Below, in pieces: positions 40,803 to 54,371 of a stretch of DNA of 64,000 nucleotides (positions within the stretch are counted from its first letter, which is position 1; each line of letters starts with the position of its first letter). The position numbers and the translations under genes are program-made. The notes under the pieces were generated by a model, which did no database searches, had not been told where the DNA came from, and worked only from the letters and a program-made list of their open reading frames with translations. This stretch comes from Octopus vulgaris (lineage: Eukaryota), in the NCBI GenBank assembly GCA_951406725.2, contig OX597821.1, positions 40,052,001-40,116,000 on the forward strand, in the 5' to 3' direction.

Positions 40803-42176
40803 CTTTCTGGCATCTCCAGTCCGACCCATACACTTCACACCTCTTCCCTAACCGACCCCTCCCCTCCTTCAAACAAGCCCATAACCTACGAGACCTCTTG
40901 GTCCACAGCTCCTTCCCTGACCCTACCTCCCAACCTGGCTCGTTGCCGCACTTGCCCTTACCTCTCCAATGCCACCCTCCTCACTGGCACCCATCATCGA
41001 CCCTATCGCATCATCAACTCCTTCACCTGCACCTCCAGCAATATCATCTATTGCATCTCCTGCTCTCTCTGCCATTCCCTGTACATCGGACAAACAGGAC
41101 GCCGCTTCGCTGACCGGTTCGCGGTACACCTCCGTGACATCCGTCTTGCCAACGACACACCGGTCTCACGCCACTTCCACTCCACCGGACACTCCTTGCA
41201 ACACCTGTCTGTGCTTGGATTGTCCTTGCACAGAGGCCATCCGGATTCCTGTTTGCACTGTGAACAGGAATTAATCTTCTCTCTTTGCTCTTTCACGCCA
41301 TTCGGTCTCAACTCTCCCCCCTTCTCATCTAACCTCTCCCCTATCATCTAACCTCCACCCGACTCCTACTTCTCTTCAGTCCTTCATCTTTTCACCCCTT
41401 CTCCCTTTCCCTCCTCTTCTTTCCTCTTTCTTCTTCCCTCTTCCCCTGCTCTCTTTCTCTCTGTTCCCTCACTCCCCTTCTCTCTCCCCTCCCCTCCTCT
41501 TCTCCTCTCCTTTCTTTCCCCCTCTCCTCTCCTTCCTTCTTTCCCCCCTCCCCCCTCATCTCATCCCCTCCCCCTCATCTCTCCTCCCTCCTCCTCCCCT
41601 CTCCCCTCATCTCCTCTCTCTCCTCCCCCTCATCTCTCTTCCCTCTTCCCTCCTCCACTCCTCCCTCTCTCTTCTCTCTCCCTTTCACTCTCCCCACAAC
41701 TCCACTCTACCCCAACCCCAGCCGAACCCACACCCCACATGGGCTTCCCCACCTCCCACCACACTACACTACACTACACCATACGACATTACACATCACA
41801 TCATACATACATACACATGTCCAGACCTTTCCTATGCACATACATACTCCCTCATACACACACGCACCCTTATGTTGGGGCGAGATCATTTGACCTTGTT
41901 ATCTCCCCTACTATCCTTCTTGCATCTAACGTCTGATCTCTGACTTCTGGCTGAAATCAGACCGCCATGTTAAATTGTTAGCTCCTGCATGCATTTTTTT
42001 CCTCTCCTTGTTTCTCCCCGTGTTTCTTTTCTGTGTATCTTTCTGTTGAAGAGCGTAGGCTTGAAACATAAAAGACTTGTTTTATTTCTATTCCTGAGCG
42101 CCATACTAATACAAGTGTTTGTTTGTACTCCACCTGCCTTTGTCTTTTGTTTATTTTTGTAAGCCTCCCGTTATAT
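40803..42176 (+). mobile_element. 3' part of a Penelope-like element: GIY-YIG endonuclease, CT-rich spacer, pseudo-LTR with HHR
   Basis: CRTCPY...FTCTSSNIIYCISCSLCHSLYIGQTGRRFADRFAVH...PVSRHF...EQELIFSLCSFTPFGLN (stop 41351); embedded in TA-rich tracts. Confidence 0.92.
42038..42075 (+). ncRNA. Minimal hammerhead of the Penelope pseudo-LTR, decayed
   Basis: ucuuu-CUGuUGA-agagcguaggcuu-GAAAC-aUA-aaaga; perfect 5-bp stem I, but A6 and G16.2 are substituted. Confidence 0.7.
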
Positions 42177-42181
42177 TATAC

Positions 42182-42283
<102 letters not shown>

Positions 42284-42416
42284 TAGAGACAAACCACTAT
42301 CTAGTTATTCCATCAATAGTGAAAAGATATTATCTATAATAACCACATAAAAATTAATCAAATATCTTTTAATTATTTTTATAATAATCTCATGCAAAAA
42401 TCAAACGTTAAATTGA

Positions 42417-42529
42417 TTACACGTGTTTCATGACTAAATATATAAATCGACAATATTAAAATTTAATTTTTTAAAATTTAAATTTCCATGTTAATTTAAC
42501 TTTAAAATATTTAGCTACTCTTCAGGTAA
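42417..42529 (-). ncRNA. Decayed hammerhead motif in an AT-rich element (about 42281-42800) related to the 40536 element
   Basis: uuac-CUGAAGA-guagcuaaaua...uauuuagucau-GAAAC-ac-GU-guaa, with the cleavage-site base apparently lost. Both elements start agaga(t/c)aaa(a)ccactat. Confidence 0.6.
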
Positions 42530-43170
42530 AAAAATAACAGAAATAAATTTAGATATTATAATAAAAACTATAAGTATATAAATATATGTATATTAACAGT
42601 AAATAATTCAATAAAATTTAACAATATAAATGTAAATGTAAACTTGAGAAACATAAATGGAACAACTGGATAACGGTATGTCTCTAAATTGTATATATAT
42701 ATATTTATAATATATTATGAATTTTGATTAACGTGCTAAATTGAAATTTGTTCCCCTCTTAGCTTGGAATTATTACATTCCCTAACTATTAATAATATTA
42801 ATATATATATATATATGTGTGTGTATGTATGTATATATGTATTTATGTATGTATTTCATGCTATACTAAGAAGTGATGTATGATACCAGAACTTTTAACC
42901 TAAGTCAAATATAACAAACTATTCCAAATCAGTGCAAGAATATCTGCAAATATGGAGTCGAGACCAACTAGTTTGGACTGACATTGAGTCATATAAGTTG
43001 TAATAATGAAATGAAACCAAAGAGGGATTCTTTGAAATCATTTAAGATAGATTAAATGATTTCACATTATCACTGTTTGATTTGACTTCATTATTATAAC
43101 TACATACAAACATGCATACATAAATACATACATACATACATATATGCAAACATACATGCATATTTACATA

Positions 43171-44061
43171 TGGTGGAACATTACCATCTAAACATCTATC
43201 AGGGGTAAACATAACAGATCGGATATTGTTTGGCACAGAGAAGAAAAAGTATGTGGCATCACAGAGGTCTGCTGTCCTGCTGATGAGAATATCTCTTTGA
43301 AAATCAAAGAGACAGCAGATAACCATGGACAAATGCTTTGAAACCTCCAGCTTCTATATCATCATCATCATCATCATCATCATCGTTTCCATCGTCCGCT
43401 TTCCATGCTAGCATGGGTTGGACAGTTCAACTGGAGTCTGGGAAGCCCGAAGGCTGCACCAGGCCAGTCAGATCTGGTAGTGTTTCTACTGCTGGATGCC
43501 CTTCCTAACACCAACCATTCCGTGAGTGTAGTGGGTGCTTTTTATGTGCCACCGACACAGGTGCCAGACGAGGCTGGCGAACGGCCATGCTCGGATGGTG
43601 TTTTTCTGTGCCAATAAATTCACACTTATACCAATGATAATTGGTGCGCTTGGTTTTGTAGGAGAGAGCTCACCTCTCAGTGGTTAGACCAAATATTTTA
43701 CTCAGCAGCAGAAATGGATTGTGATGTTACTGGTACCAAGCTGTATTGGTCTTCGCCTTTGCCTTTCCCTTGGACAACATTGGTGGTGTGGAGAGAAGGG
43801 AGACAGGTATGCAGTTGGTCTTCAACAAACAACTTTGTCCAGACTTGTACCTTGGAGAGGAACTTTCTAGCTGCTATTCAATGGTCATTCATTACCAAAA
43901 GGGGTCATTTACTTGGGTTTGTGAGTAAATGCCTAAGTGGCAATCTGGATAAGCTAGGGTTTTCAGAAAAGGTAACCAACCAACTAGCTCACACATTACA
44001 AATGCAAACTGTAAGTGGAACAGTAAAAATATGCAAAACATTTCTCAAGTTTAAAATGTGA
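43171..44061 (+). pseudogene. RLE non-LTR endonuclease C-terminus, interrupted by two insertions
   Basis: WWNITI*TSIRGKHNRSDIVWHREEKVCGITEVCCPADENI / FTLIPMIIGALGFV / SKCLSGNLDKLGFS...SGTVKICKTFLKFKM*; inserts at about 43359-43612 (RTE tail) and 43661-43912. Confidence 0.82.
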
Positions 44062-44504
44062 TATTGATTTATTTATCTACATTCCAATGATGGAGCTTTG
44101 TATCTTTGCTAAAAATCAGCCCCTCCTCAGAGAAAGAATTTAAATAAACATACATGCATGCATGCATACATACATACATACATACATACATACATACATA
44201 CATACATACATACATACATGCATGCATATGTACATACATATATATTTACATACCTTGTTGTTGATGTTGAAATTCCAATGATGGAACTTTGGATCTAGTT
44301 TAGTAACCGACTCTTTCTCTATTGGCAAGAAATCTTGAAATATAACTAAACAATGACATACACACCTACATACATACATACATATATATACATACATTCA
44401 TACATACATACATGCATACATACATACACATATACATACATACATACATACATACATACGTATGTAGTACATACAGGCACACGTGCATACATATATACAA
44501 ACAG

Positions 44505-44712
44505 CTCTGTCTGGCACCTGTGCAGGTGGCACGTAAAAAGCACCCACTACACTCACGGAGTGGTTGGCGTTAGGAAGGGCATCCAGCCGTAGAAACACTG
44601 CCAAATCTGACTGGGCCTGATGAAGCCTTCCGGCTTCACAGACCCCAGTTAAACCGTCCAACCCATGCTAGCATGGAAAGCGGACGCTAAATGATGATGA
44701 TGATGATGATGA
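44505..44712 (+). mobile_element. RTE 3' UTR fragment
   Basis: ggcacgtaaaaagcacc...ggaagggcatccagcc...catggaaagcggacg(atg)n. Confidence 0.88.
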
Positions 44713-44764
44713 TACATACGTACATACATACATACATACATACATACATACATACATACATACA

Positions 44765-44795
<31 letters not shown>

Positions 44796-45610
44796 GTAGT
44801 AAATACATGCATATGTGCATACATATATATAAACATACATATACTACACATATATTAATATAAGTAAATGAAAGAAAGTCCGAATCTCCAAGGAGAGTAT
44901 AATAATTTATTTCTGCTGATCCATTTAGTCTTTTATCTCCACTTTCTTTGAATCTTTCCAATAATCCAACTCATAATGAATATGAAATCAATTTATGTTT
45001 TTACCATTACAAGAACCTTCATCCCTTGCTACTTTATTGTAGCTTCAAAATGTCCAAGTAGACCAAACACTTATCACCAAACAAAAGCCGATATTCTGAT
45101 GCCAATGCAGCCTCACCTGCTTTCAAAGCAAACTTGAACTTCCTTTTCCCCATCCATCATTAAGGGGCAGTTTGAGCATTCTGGGACAATCTTTTTTTCC
45201 CTTTTTTTAAGTTAATAATTTCATTTTACTAAATCTAAACCTTAAAAAATGTTTGTATCAATATTTTCCTCTGAACGTAAGTGAAAATTTGAGGCAAATT
45301 AAAACAAGTATTTCCTCCTCAGAATGCTCAGAATTCATCAATTGAAAGTATAAAATGTTCTTCTTTATGCTCAAAACACATCAGTTTATTGCGACCAAAC
45401 ATAGATGTCCAACTTGTTGGTGTGTCACAGCATTAAAAACAAAAAAGAAACCGGAAAAATGTTAACCTGGTCATCCATAAGATTTTCCTTTCTTTTATGG
45501 TTTTGGTCTGTTTTCTTCTAAATTTTATCTCCTTTTGAATTGCAAGAAGTAACAGCTAAATCTCTCTTAAACCATACTCAGCCAGCTTGAAAAAGGAGGA
45601 GCACATTGCA

Positions 45611-46000
45611 TGGAATGGAAGCACTCCGTCGGTTACGACGACAAGGGTTCCGGTTGATCCGAATCAACGGAACAGCCTGCTCGTGAAATTAACGTGTAAG
45701 TGGCTGAGCACTCCACAGACACGTGTACCCTTAACGTAGTTCTCGGGGATATTCAGCGTGACACAGAGAGTGACAAGGCCGACCCTTTGAAATACAGGTA
45801 CAACAGAAACAGGAAGTAAGAGTGAGAGAAAGTTGTGGCGAAAGAGTACAGCAGGGATCACCACCATCCCCTGCCGGAGCCTCGTGGAGCTTTAGGTGTT
45901 TTTGTTCAATAAACACTCACAACGCCCGGTCTGGGAATCGAAACCGCGATCCTATGACCGCGAGTCCGCTGCCCTAACCACTGGGCCATTGCGCCTCCAC
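45611..46000 (-). mobile_element. tRNA-derived SINE family C, full length, low divergence
   Basis: A box tggcccagtggttag and B box ggtttcgattccc; many CpGs retained. Confidence 0.92.
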
Positions 46001-47830
46001 ATACCGCATAATGTAGTTCTAGATACCCCAGCTTAAATAAAGGTGGATTTGTCATGGCTGGAAGTTCTTTGATTGTAAGTTTTCTTATTCAGATCTCACC
46101 TGAGACTGAATAATAACAGCAGGATCATCAACAACAAAAACAGCAACTATTTAAGAATTTAATGTATCAAGAATGGCCATGCCAATATCGATTTTCATCT
46201 TTTTCTTAATGTCTTTAATATGTCATCATTCCATTTAGGTTGCAACAGCAATATGGAAATGTTCTTACAAGATACATTTGTATTGCAACAGAATCTTTTG
46301 CATGTATACACAAGAGAGAGGGAGGGAGATGGAGAGGGAGGAAGAGAGAGAGCATCTGCTTCTGTATTGGTTGTTTCTATGGCACTCTGTTGTAAGTAAA
46401 AGCAGTGGGCAGAAACTTTTGGCTCACTTGCTTCTTTCATTTTCTCTTTCCTATTCACAAAGAGCATTTCATACATTTCGTTTCTATTTTTCTTTTAAAA
46501 GAACAAATTTCATCTTTCTCATCTCCCACTTAATTCTCCTCCTCCTCCTCTCAGCTGTCAAGATCAGTAGATTTGTATTATTGGTGTAACTAACAGCTGG
46601 GTATATTGCACAAGCAATCGACCTTCAGAAACTGCTTGATGCACTCCATCAGTTTGCCATAACAGCCATAGCAGTGTGGCAAACGAAACTTGTTCATTGA
46701 GGTCAATTGATTCATTTAGAAACGATTGTTGATTTTCTAGACCAATTCATCTGTAAGGAGGTGTTGAATATTGTTTCCAAGAGGAATTCAACTTGTGAAT
46801 TCTAAGAAATTTTTCTGACTGCTCAACCAAACATAATTCTTGTGTTTTCAACAATTATTTGGCAGTTTCTATGCTGCTAATTGCTTCGAGTAGTTTCTAT
46901 CACCGTTGTTATACTTTACCACAGATCTATTTATGAACTGATAAGCTGCTTATAATTACTAAGGTTCTCTGCATTTCACCTTCACGTCAAGCAATATACA
47001 AACTATTTGTTACTGTTAAAACTTTTTCGACATATAATCATCATTAGAGACACTGCATATATCTTAAGAGAGAACAGCTGTAGGCAGTGCAGCAGCAGTT
47101 CTTATATTTTTACTTGACAAACTGTCTGTCATAGAACAATTTAATAGATTCTATAGCAGTATCTGAGAGAGACACTACAGTAAAAGACTTGTATTATTCT
47201 ACTATAAATTTGTTACTTGCACTGCAGATAAAAAATATAAAACTATTCTTATAGTACATGACAAATATTTCTGGCTGATGCCATTACTTGGAGAAAGGAA
47301 ATATTCTTGTTGAATTAACAAACATTGGAGATATTTTAAGTAACTCTATAAAACAGGTGGTAGACACCCATTACATCTCAGAGAAAACTATCCCTGTATT
47401 AGTTGTTGTTTACTTGAAAGAATATAATGATGAGGAAATGAAGGCAAACAGGTAAAAACAACAAATAGAAACTACAGAAAATTAAAGCAAATTGTCTTTT
47501 ACCAGAATATTTACCAAAATATTTTACTGTGATTCTATTAAGATATTAGTGAATTCCTGACAGAAGAATTCTAGTTTAGCATCCATTGATCTTCATTGTT
47601 GAGAAGATGTAGATTTGGTGTAAACATTCCACATCACATTAGTTCTAAACTATATAAGCAAAATAAAAGAAGAGAAGGAACAAAATACAGCCTCTGTGGC
47701 TAGAAAGGAGAATATGTCTGATGTTAATGAACATTTTTCATAGATAGGCTTCAAGGGAGGGAGAAAGGGGCTGGAAATAAGGGCTATTCACTATTGCTTT
47801 TTAAGATAGCATCATATTTATATATATATA

Positions 47831-48105
47831 TATAAAGCAGGTGTGCACGAAGTATGATCATTGCTAGAAATAGCAGCCAGTAAATTTATGGTGCTATGTA
47901 AAGCTTCACTGAATATCTGAAACGGCAGTTTTGAGTTATCCTTTATTCCTCTAACGGTCTCCATAGAGGTAAGACAGAATTTTCCTATATTTGCTGCCCG
48001 CACACATCTCTGCCTGTAAATATTCGGTGAAATTCTACATTGTGCTGTAAACTTACTGGCTGCTATTTCTAGCAATGATCATACTTCATGAACACCTGAT
48101 TTATA
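47831..48105. mobile_element. MITE-like foldback next to (TA)n
   Basis: About 85-bp inverted arms (gaagtatgatcattgctagaaatagcagccagtaa / ttactggctgctatttctagcaatgatcatacttc). Confidence 0.78.
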
Positions 48106-48660
48106 TATTTATAATTCTACCTATATGGTGCATTATTCTTGCTGGATATTAATGTTTACTCATTAATGTTTACTCAACCTTTTTGAGGTCCCTGTGAATC
48201 ACTGGCTTTAATGTGGAAAACTTGAAAGATTGAGCAACCCCATCGTAGAAACGGCTGTAAGAGTTTAGTATTTGCACACTCATTTATTCTTATTTATTTT
48301 TATTTATCTACTTATTTACTTATTTATTTGCTTATTCCATTTGTTTATTTTGGTTACTTATACATATGATTGTAATCAATTAATAAATAAATATAATTGA
48401 ATGTTTACAGACTGATGTTTGTCGATTGTTTATCCTCTCCATTTTCTTATTTGCCTTATATATATATACATATATATATATACTAAGTAATTAAGGGTTT
48501 AGCAACGATTTGCCTCACCACACACCGAATTTAGAAATAGCAGTCAAAGAGTTATGGCTATTCTTTCTACTTAAAAGGGAGATCCCAGTAAAACCACAGC
48601 ACTTAAAAGGCAAACAACGCAGGCAAAAGAGAAAGAAATGACGACAATCATTCTATATTA

Positions 48661-48759
48661 AGTCACCTATGGACGTACGTTTCGAAATTAAGTCATAGGA
48701 AGGTATAAAAATTAAATAATTATGTCTTACCCAACTATTTTTCTCCTCAGCGTAGGACT
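48661..48759 (-). ncRNA. Near-intact type I hammerhead ribozyme in a (TA)n-adjacent element (about 48482-48920)
   Basis: aguc-cuacg-CUGAGGA-gaaa...uuuc-GAAAC-guac-GUC-cauagg-u-gacu: full core, palindromic ACGUACGU stem III, one C-A mismatch in stem I; predicted cut between 48672 and 48671. Confidence 0.85.
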
Positions 48760-48954
48760 CTTCAATTATAAATAATTGCGTCTCAATTATTAATTGTATA
48801 GCTTGAAAAGCTGGGTTTGGGATTGAGAATGCACCAACTACTAAAAATAGAACAGACCAAAGACCACATTTGTGGTAAAATCTGCCTGATGCATGAAAAG
48901 GTTATCGTGTTGACCTATTTAATGGTTTTTGTCATCAATTAAAAATATATGGCA

Positions 48955-49059
48955 AAGGTGATGAGCTGGCAGAATTGTTAACACACCAGGCAAAGTTGAG
49001 GAACATAAACAAACCAACACCAATCGCCAATCAAGTGACGAGGGGACTAGCACAAAGAT

Positions 49060-49095
<36 letters not shown>

Positions 49096-49250
49096 ATTTT
49101 TTTGGCAGGCTTCAACACTGTTTCCATCTACCGAATGCATTCATAAGGCACTATACATCCGAAAGCTTTACCAGAAGACTCCTGCCCAGGTTGCCACGTA
49201 GTGGAACTGAACCCAAGACCATGTGATTGTGAAGCAAACTTCTTAACCAT
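48955..49250. mobile_element. SINE fragments (family A head on +, family B piece on -)
   Basis: gagctggcagaattgtta; gtggaactgaacccaagaccatgtg. Confidence 0.6.
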
Positions 49251-50829
49251 CACCACCACCAACGTCACCACCACTTATTTGAATTATCAAAATTTTATGA
49301 CACTGGCCCATTTGAGTTACTTCCCTTATCTCATTTCAGACAGAATTGCTACCACTTCTTATTTGTCTGTTATGAAATGTCAGACAGGTGATTTAATTAC
49401 TGAAACAATAAAAAAAACCAAAAAATACGAGAAAGCAACAAAAATGAAACCCTTTAACTCTTGACAAGCGATAACATGTAAAACAAAGATAATTCTTTTA
49501 AAGGATTTGTGTTGTCTATAAATGCTTAACAACAGACGCACACATCTACACACACACACACACATGCACACATCTATACACACACACGCACACAGACACA
49601 TCTACACACACATACATATCCATTAATATATATATACATGCATACATACATACATATATATGTGTGTGTGTGTGTGTGTGTGTAAGTTCATGTGTATGTG
49701 TGTGCACATACACTTACACACACAAATAACAAATATATATATTTATATGCATATATATATATATATATAAATATATCTGTGTGTGTATATGTGTGTGTAT
49801 ATGTGTGTATATATGAATGTATGTATATATATATATATATGCACATATACACACACACTAATATATTTTATATATATATATATGTGTGTGTGTGTGTGGA
49901 CAAATGTATGCACACAGCTGAATAACATACATGTGTCAGTGTTCATGTCTGCACACAAATATGTGTGTTAGTTTTTGTGTGTGTGAAAATTTATCTGTGT
50001 AGATAGAGAGTGCAGAAGAAAACTGAAATGAAAACTTTTTGAAAAAAACTTGTTGCTGAGAAGTTTTTTTAAAGAATCGCGTGGAACTTTTGTAAAGTAA
50101 ACAATCTACCATTGATCTCCATTACAATAGATTTAAGTAGGTACATACATCTACATATGTGTGTGTATGTGTGTGTGTGTGTATGTGTGTGTGTGTATGT
50201 GTGTGTTTGTGTGAACTCACATCTCTGATAATCTTTCTCAGCAATCTCACAAGCATAAAATAACAAAATTTTCAGTTCAAATATTTGTATACCAGTTCAA
50301 AACCAAGATATTCTTCAGCTCTGCTCAGCTACGAACTCTCTCCAAGGCTCATATAGCAAACACAATGGAGAATTCCTTTTCTTTCCTGGGAAGTGCTCCC
50401 ATTACACACACACACACATACACACATGTACATGCTCACACGCTCAATCATTATAGACCACATTGTGCAGAGACCCATCTGACTTTATCCTATAAACTTG
50501 CTCTCTTCTCCCTTTGTATGTTTTATAAGTACTACAACAGCTTTTGCTATTTCAAAGTAACCAGTACCATTCTGAATACAATATTATTTTTTCTTGTTAG
50601 GTGTTTTGATAGTTGAGTTCAGAGGACAGTGAAAACAAACAGGAAGGGCTGCTAAGCCTAAATTAGGTTGTGGTGGCGAACGCGTAAATCAAGCTTGGAC
50701 AAGAGATAAACAAGAACATGTCTTCCTTGTTCCAACCCCAACAGAGTGAAAGAAAGAAACACAAGTTAGAAGAAAGTATATATATATATATATACACACA
50801 CTCACACATATATATATATGTAAATATAT

Positions 50830-51100
50830 CGCCTTACTGGCACCTGTGCCGGTGGCATGTGTAAAAAGATTCAAGCGAGGTCATTGCCAGTGCCGCCTGA
50901 CTGGCCCCCATGCCGGTAGCACATAAAAAGTACCCACTACACTCTTGGAGTGGCTGGCGTTAGAAGGGCATCCAGCTGTAGAAACTCTGTCAGATCAAGA
51001 CTAGAGCTTGGTGCAGCCATCTGGTTCACCAGCCCTCAGTCAAAATCGTTCAACCCATGCTAGCATGGAAAGTGGATGTTAAACGGTGATGATGATGATG
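50830..51100 (+). mobile_element. RTE 3' UTR fragment
   Basis: Same tandem ggcac-taaaaag units and (gat)n tail. Confidence 0.85.
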
Positions 51101-51984
51101 CATACATATATACATATATATACATACATACATACATATATACATAACCCCACAATTAACCTAGCTACATTTTTACATTATCAATAAAAACTTAGAGAGG
51201 AGGTCATAAGTCTTAAAAGAATTTACTATTTGTGTAACTAATAAAGGAAAACTAGAGAAAGGTGGAAGAATCCAAAATTTTGTGATGTCTTTTATGCCTC
51301 TTTTTGTCTGCAAAAACTTTCTCTGATATCCAAAATTAACACAAAAAAAAAAGATAATTTCAAGTTAATTCATGGAGTTCTTTTCTAAAATTAGTTTTTA
51401 ATTTTAAGCAGTTTACCTGTCTGTGAGGAAAAGGTGCCATTTGATTTGGAACTGTAACATGAAATCATTTAGAATCCTGCTGAATCTTAATCCATCTCCT
51501 TTTGTCAAGAGGTTTGTGCTAAACACGAGCTGTTAAAAGCTCATTAGGACTTAGGAGACATCTACAGTTTTACGATGATATTAGATTGTATCCCATTGAG
51601 GAATCATAAATTCGTAGCAATTGTCAATGTCATATTTATGGCAGCAGTACGCATCTGACATCCTTGTTTGCATAGCAACACACCACCACGACACTGACAT
51701 CCTGCAGATTGTCGAGTCATTTAAAGGAATAAAAATATCATTTAAAAATGAATGGTTTAATTCTAAAATATTATCGGGTAATAAACAAAAAGTCATATCC
51801 AGAAATATCGCAATGATTTCCCTTGCCACGATGGCTCTGATTATCAGAGATGACTGTCAAGGCAACAACATCTAGTATTTTAACTGACAATTATATTTTA
51901 CCAAAGTGTTTACAGCTGCTTTTGTTATTAAACATTCAAACCAATCATGTATGATGATAAAAAAAGATAATAATAATAATCATA

Positions 51985-52026
<42 letters not shown>

Positions 52027-52969
52027 TTGATGATGATTTTCATTACCTTTGTGTTAATTTTTTTCCTATTATTTTCTATTATCAATTCTTGCAACATTGA
52101 GGCAAAAACGAGTCATTTATTGGATTCTTGCTGATTAAATATTTCATGCAATGGAAAATAATTGTTATTTTTTGACAATGCACAGTGCCATTAGTTTTAA
52201 AAAAGGACATAGTCAACATATTTTTTCACAGTATATTACTGGTATTCATTAAATATTGGACATATTAGAGTTATCCATTCAACACTCTGTACTATTGATG
52301 CTGTTGTTGTTGTTGTGTAGTAACCCATGGTTCCATGGTTCCATTCCACCACTAGGCCCTGTTTCAATAAGATTGTGATCATGCAAACTGATTTTAAAGA
52401 ACTACATCATCTAATATGTCCTTCCATTTTTATGACAGTAGGATGTGATGTGAGAGAGATTCAACTGTTACATCTAGGAATACGAGCCACTGCATACAGA
52501 AGATTCCTTGCCAACTTGTCCATCTCTCAATTTTGTCATCAGGAATTAAGCAAACAGGAGAAATATATTATATTATATTATCAATGGATTTGAATTGAAA
52601 AAGGTTTGGAACGGAAATCTCCAGAAAATATAATTTACTAATTTAGATAAAATCTATGGTCGAACACATTGGATCAAAATACTAAATACCAGCATTAAAA
52701 CTAAGAACAGCAAAGCTGCAAACCTTATTAACCACTCTGACATATCAGTGTCATGTGTGCATTGTTGTGTGAAAGCATCCAATCATAATAATTGTTTTCA
52801 ATCCATGATCCATTGAGGTCACTTAGACAATGTCTGAAAGCATCATCTTCCTGTAATATATTTTGGTCAAAGATGAAGAAAACTCAGTACTGCTGGATAA
52901 TGAAATATTGTCAATTTTAGGATGTTTGTACTGTCTGACTGAATTGCTATTAAATAAAGGTTCTGTACA

Positions 52970-53175
52970 AAGCAGTAAGCTTGCTGAGTCGTTAACATGC
53001 CAGGCTAAATGCTTATTTCATCCATCTTTAAGATCTGAATACAAATTCCATTCAAGTCAGCTTTGTCTGTCATCCTTACAGGAGCAATAAAATAAGTACC
53101 AGTTGAACATCAGGGTTGGTGTATGTGACTTACACCTCCCCTAAAATTGCTGGCCTTGTGTTAAATTTTTAAACC
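52970..53175 (+). mobile_element. Diverged SINE family A
   Basis: aaataagtaccagttg...aaattgctggccttgtg. Confidence 0.7.
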
Positions 53176-53394
53176 AATTAAAGGTTCTCTACCAGCCTAT
53201 GATATTTACTTAATTGGCAAATGATGTATATAATGAAACAATAGACCTGTGTTGGTTGTAGATTCATTATACATAAATTGTGGATCTTCCAGCTTGTAAT
53301 CCAATGATTTAACTGATCAACCAGCCGTGACTGTCTTATGATCGGAGTATTTAAGAGACTTTGAAATACTATAAACTTCAGTTTTTAATTTGCA

Positions 53395-53398
<4 letters not shown>

Positions 53399-53425
<27 letters not shown>

Positions 53426-53650
53426 TATCATCATCATCATCATCGTCATCATCATCTTCACCTCATTTAATGTCCATTTTCCATGCAGGCATGGGTTGGA
53501 AGGTTTAAGAAGGAGCTGGCAAGCTGGAGAGCTGCACCAGGCTCCAGTCATCTGTTTCTACTGCTGGATGCCCTTCCTAAGGCCAACCACTTTACAGAGT
53601 GTCATGGGAGTTTTGAATGTGGCACCAGTAATGGCTGCTTTTTACATGGT
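53399..53650 (-). mobile_element. RTE 3' end fragment
   Basis: (cat)n...ttccatgcaggcatgggttgg...ggatgcccttcctaa. Confidence 0.8.
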
Positions 53651-53901
53651 GCAATACATACACACCTCCATACATACATACATACATACATACATACATA
53701 CATACATACATACATACATACATACATACACACATGCATGCATACATACATACAAGGTTTGTTTAATGAAAACTCATTTCCACATTGCTCTTTATCTCTT
53801 CATGCTCGTTCTGCCACCAGGATATATATATATTAGCAGGTCTTTTTATTTATTACACACTCCAATACTAGTTACATATATATATATATATATATATATA
53901 T

Positions 53902-54322
53902 AGTAGCAGATACTGTTTACGAATTCAATAACCATACATATCTTACATCTATTTTCTTTCTTCCACCTCACTCTCTATTTGTATCACATCGAAACTAACT
54001 ATGACTTAATTTTTCCTCTCACACCATCTCCAATGAACGGATATTAATAATTAATATCCTAGAAACAGCTGTAAGCCCTTCTATCTATAAATGCTCTAAT
54101 ATCTATACAGCCTCAGTTTTTATCTCATTACGCAAAAAATTTGTATATACACATGCTGATATAGAACCAGTGTTGAACCCTTTATTTGCAATATTACCGA
54201 ATCTGGAACTTAACTATGGTCTGTCTATAGCACTTATTCTGCATTACCTGACACCATTGGGTCTCAATGAAACCATTATCTCTTACAGTAGCAGATACTT
54301 TATGCATTACCCAGTACAGTAC

Positions 54323-54325
<3 letters not shown>
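53902..54325 (+). mobile_element. (TA)n-flanked element, 385-bp period, with a decayed HHR (54028-54075)
   Basis: agtagcagatact at 53902 and 54287; cu-CCAAUGA-ac-ggauauua-auaau-uaauaucc-ua-GAAAC-agcu-GUA-ag. Confidence 0.55.

Positions 54326-54371
<46 letters not shown>

Noticed and set aside
43280-43305. CTGATGAG...GAAA resembling a hammerhead
   Set aside because: Lies in RLE coding sequence (PADEN); no convincing stem I or III.
45925-46000. tRNA-like sequences (also at 1763, 4450, 15850, 37407)
   Set aside because: SINE heads continuing into SINE bodies, not standalone tRNA genes.
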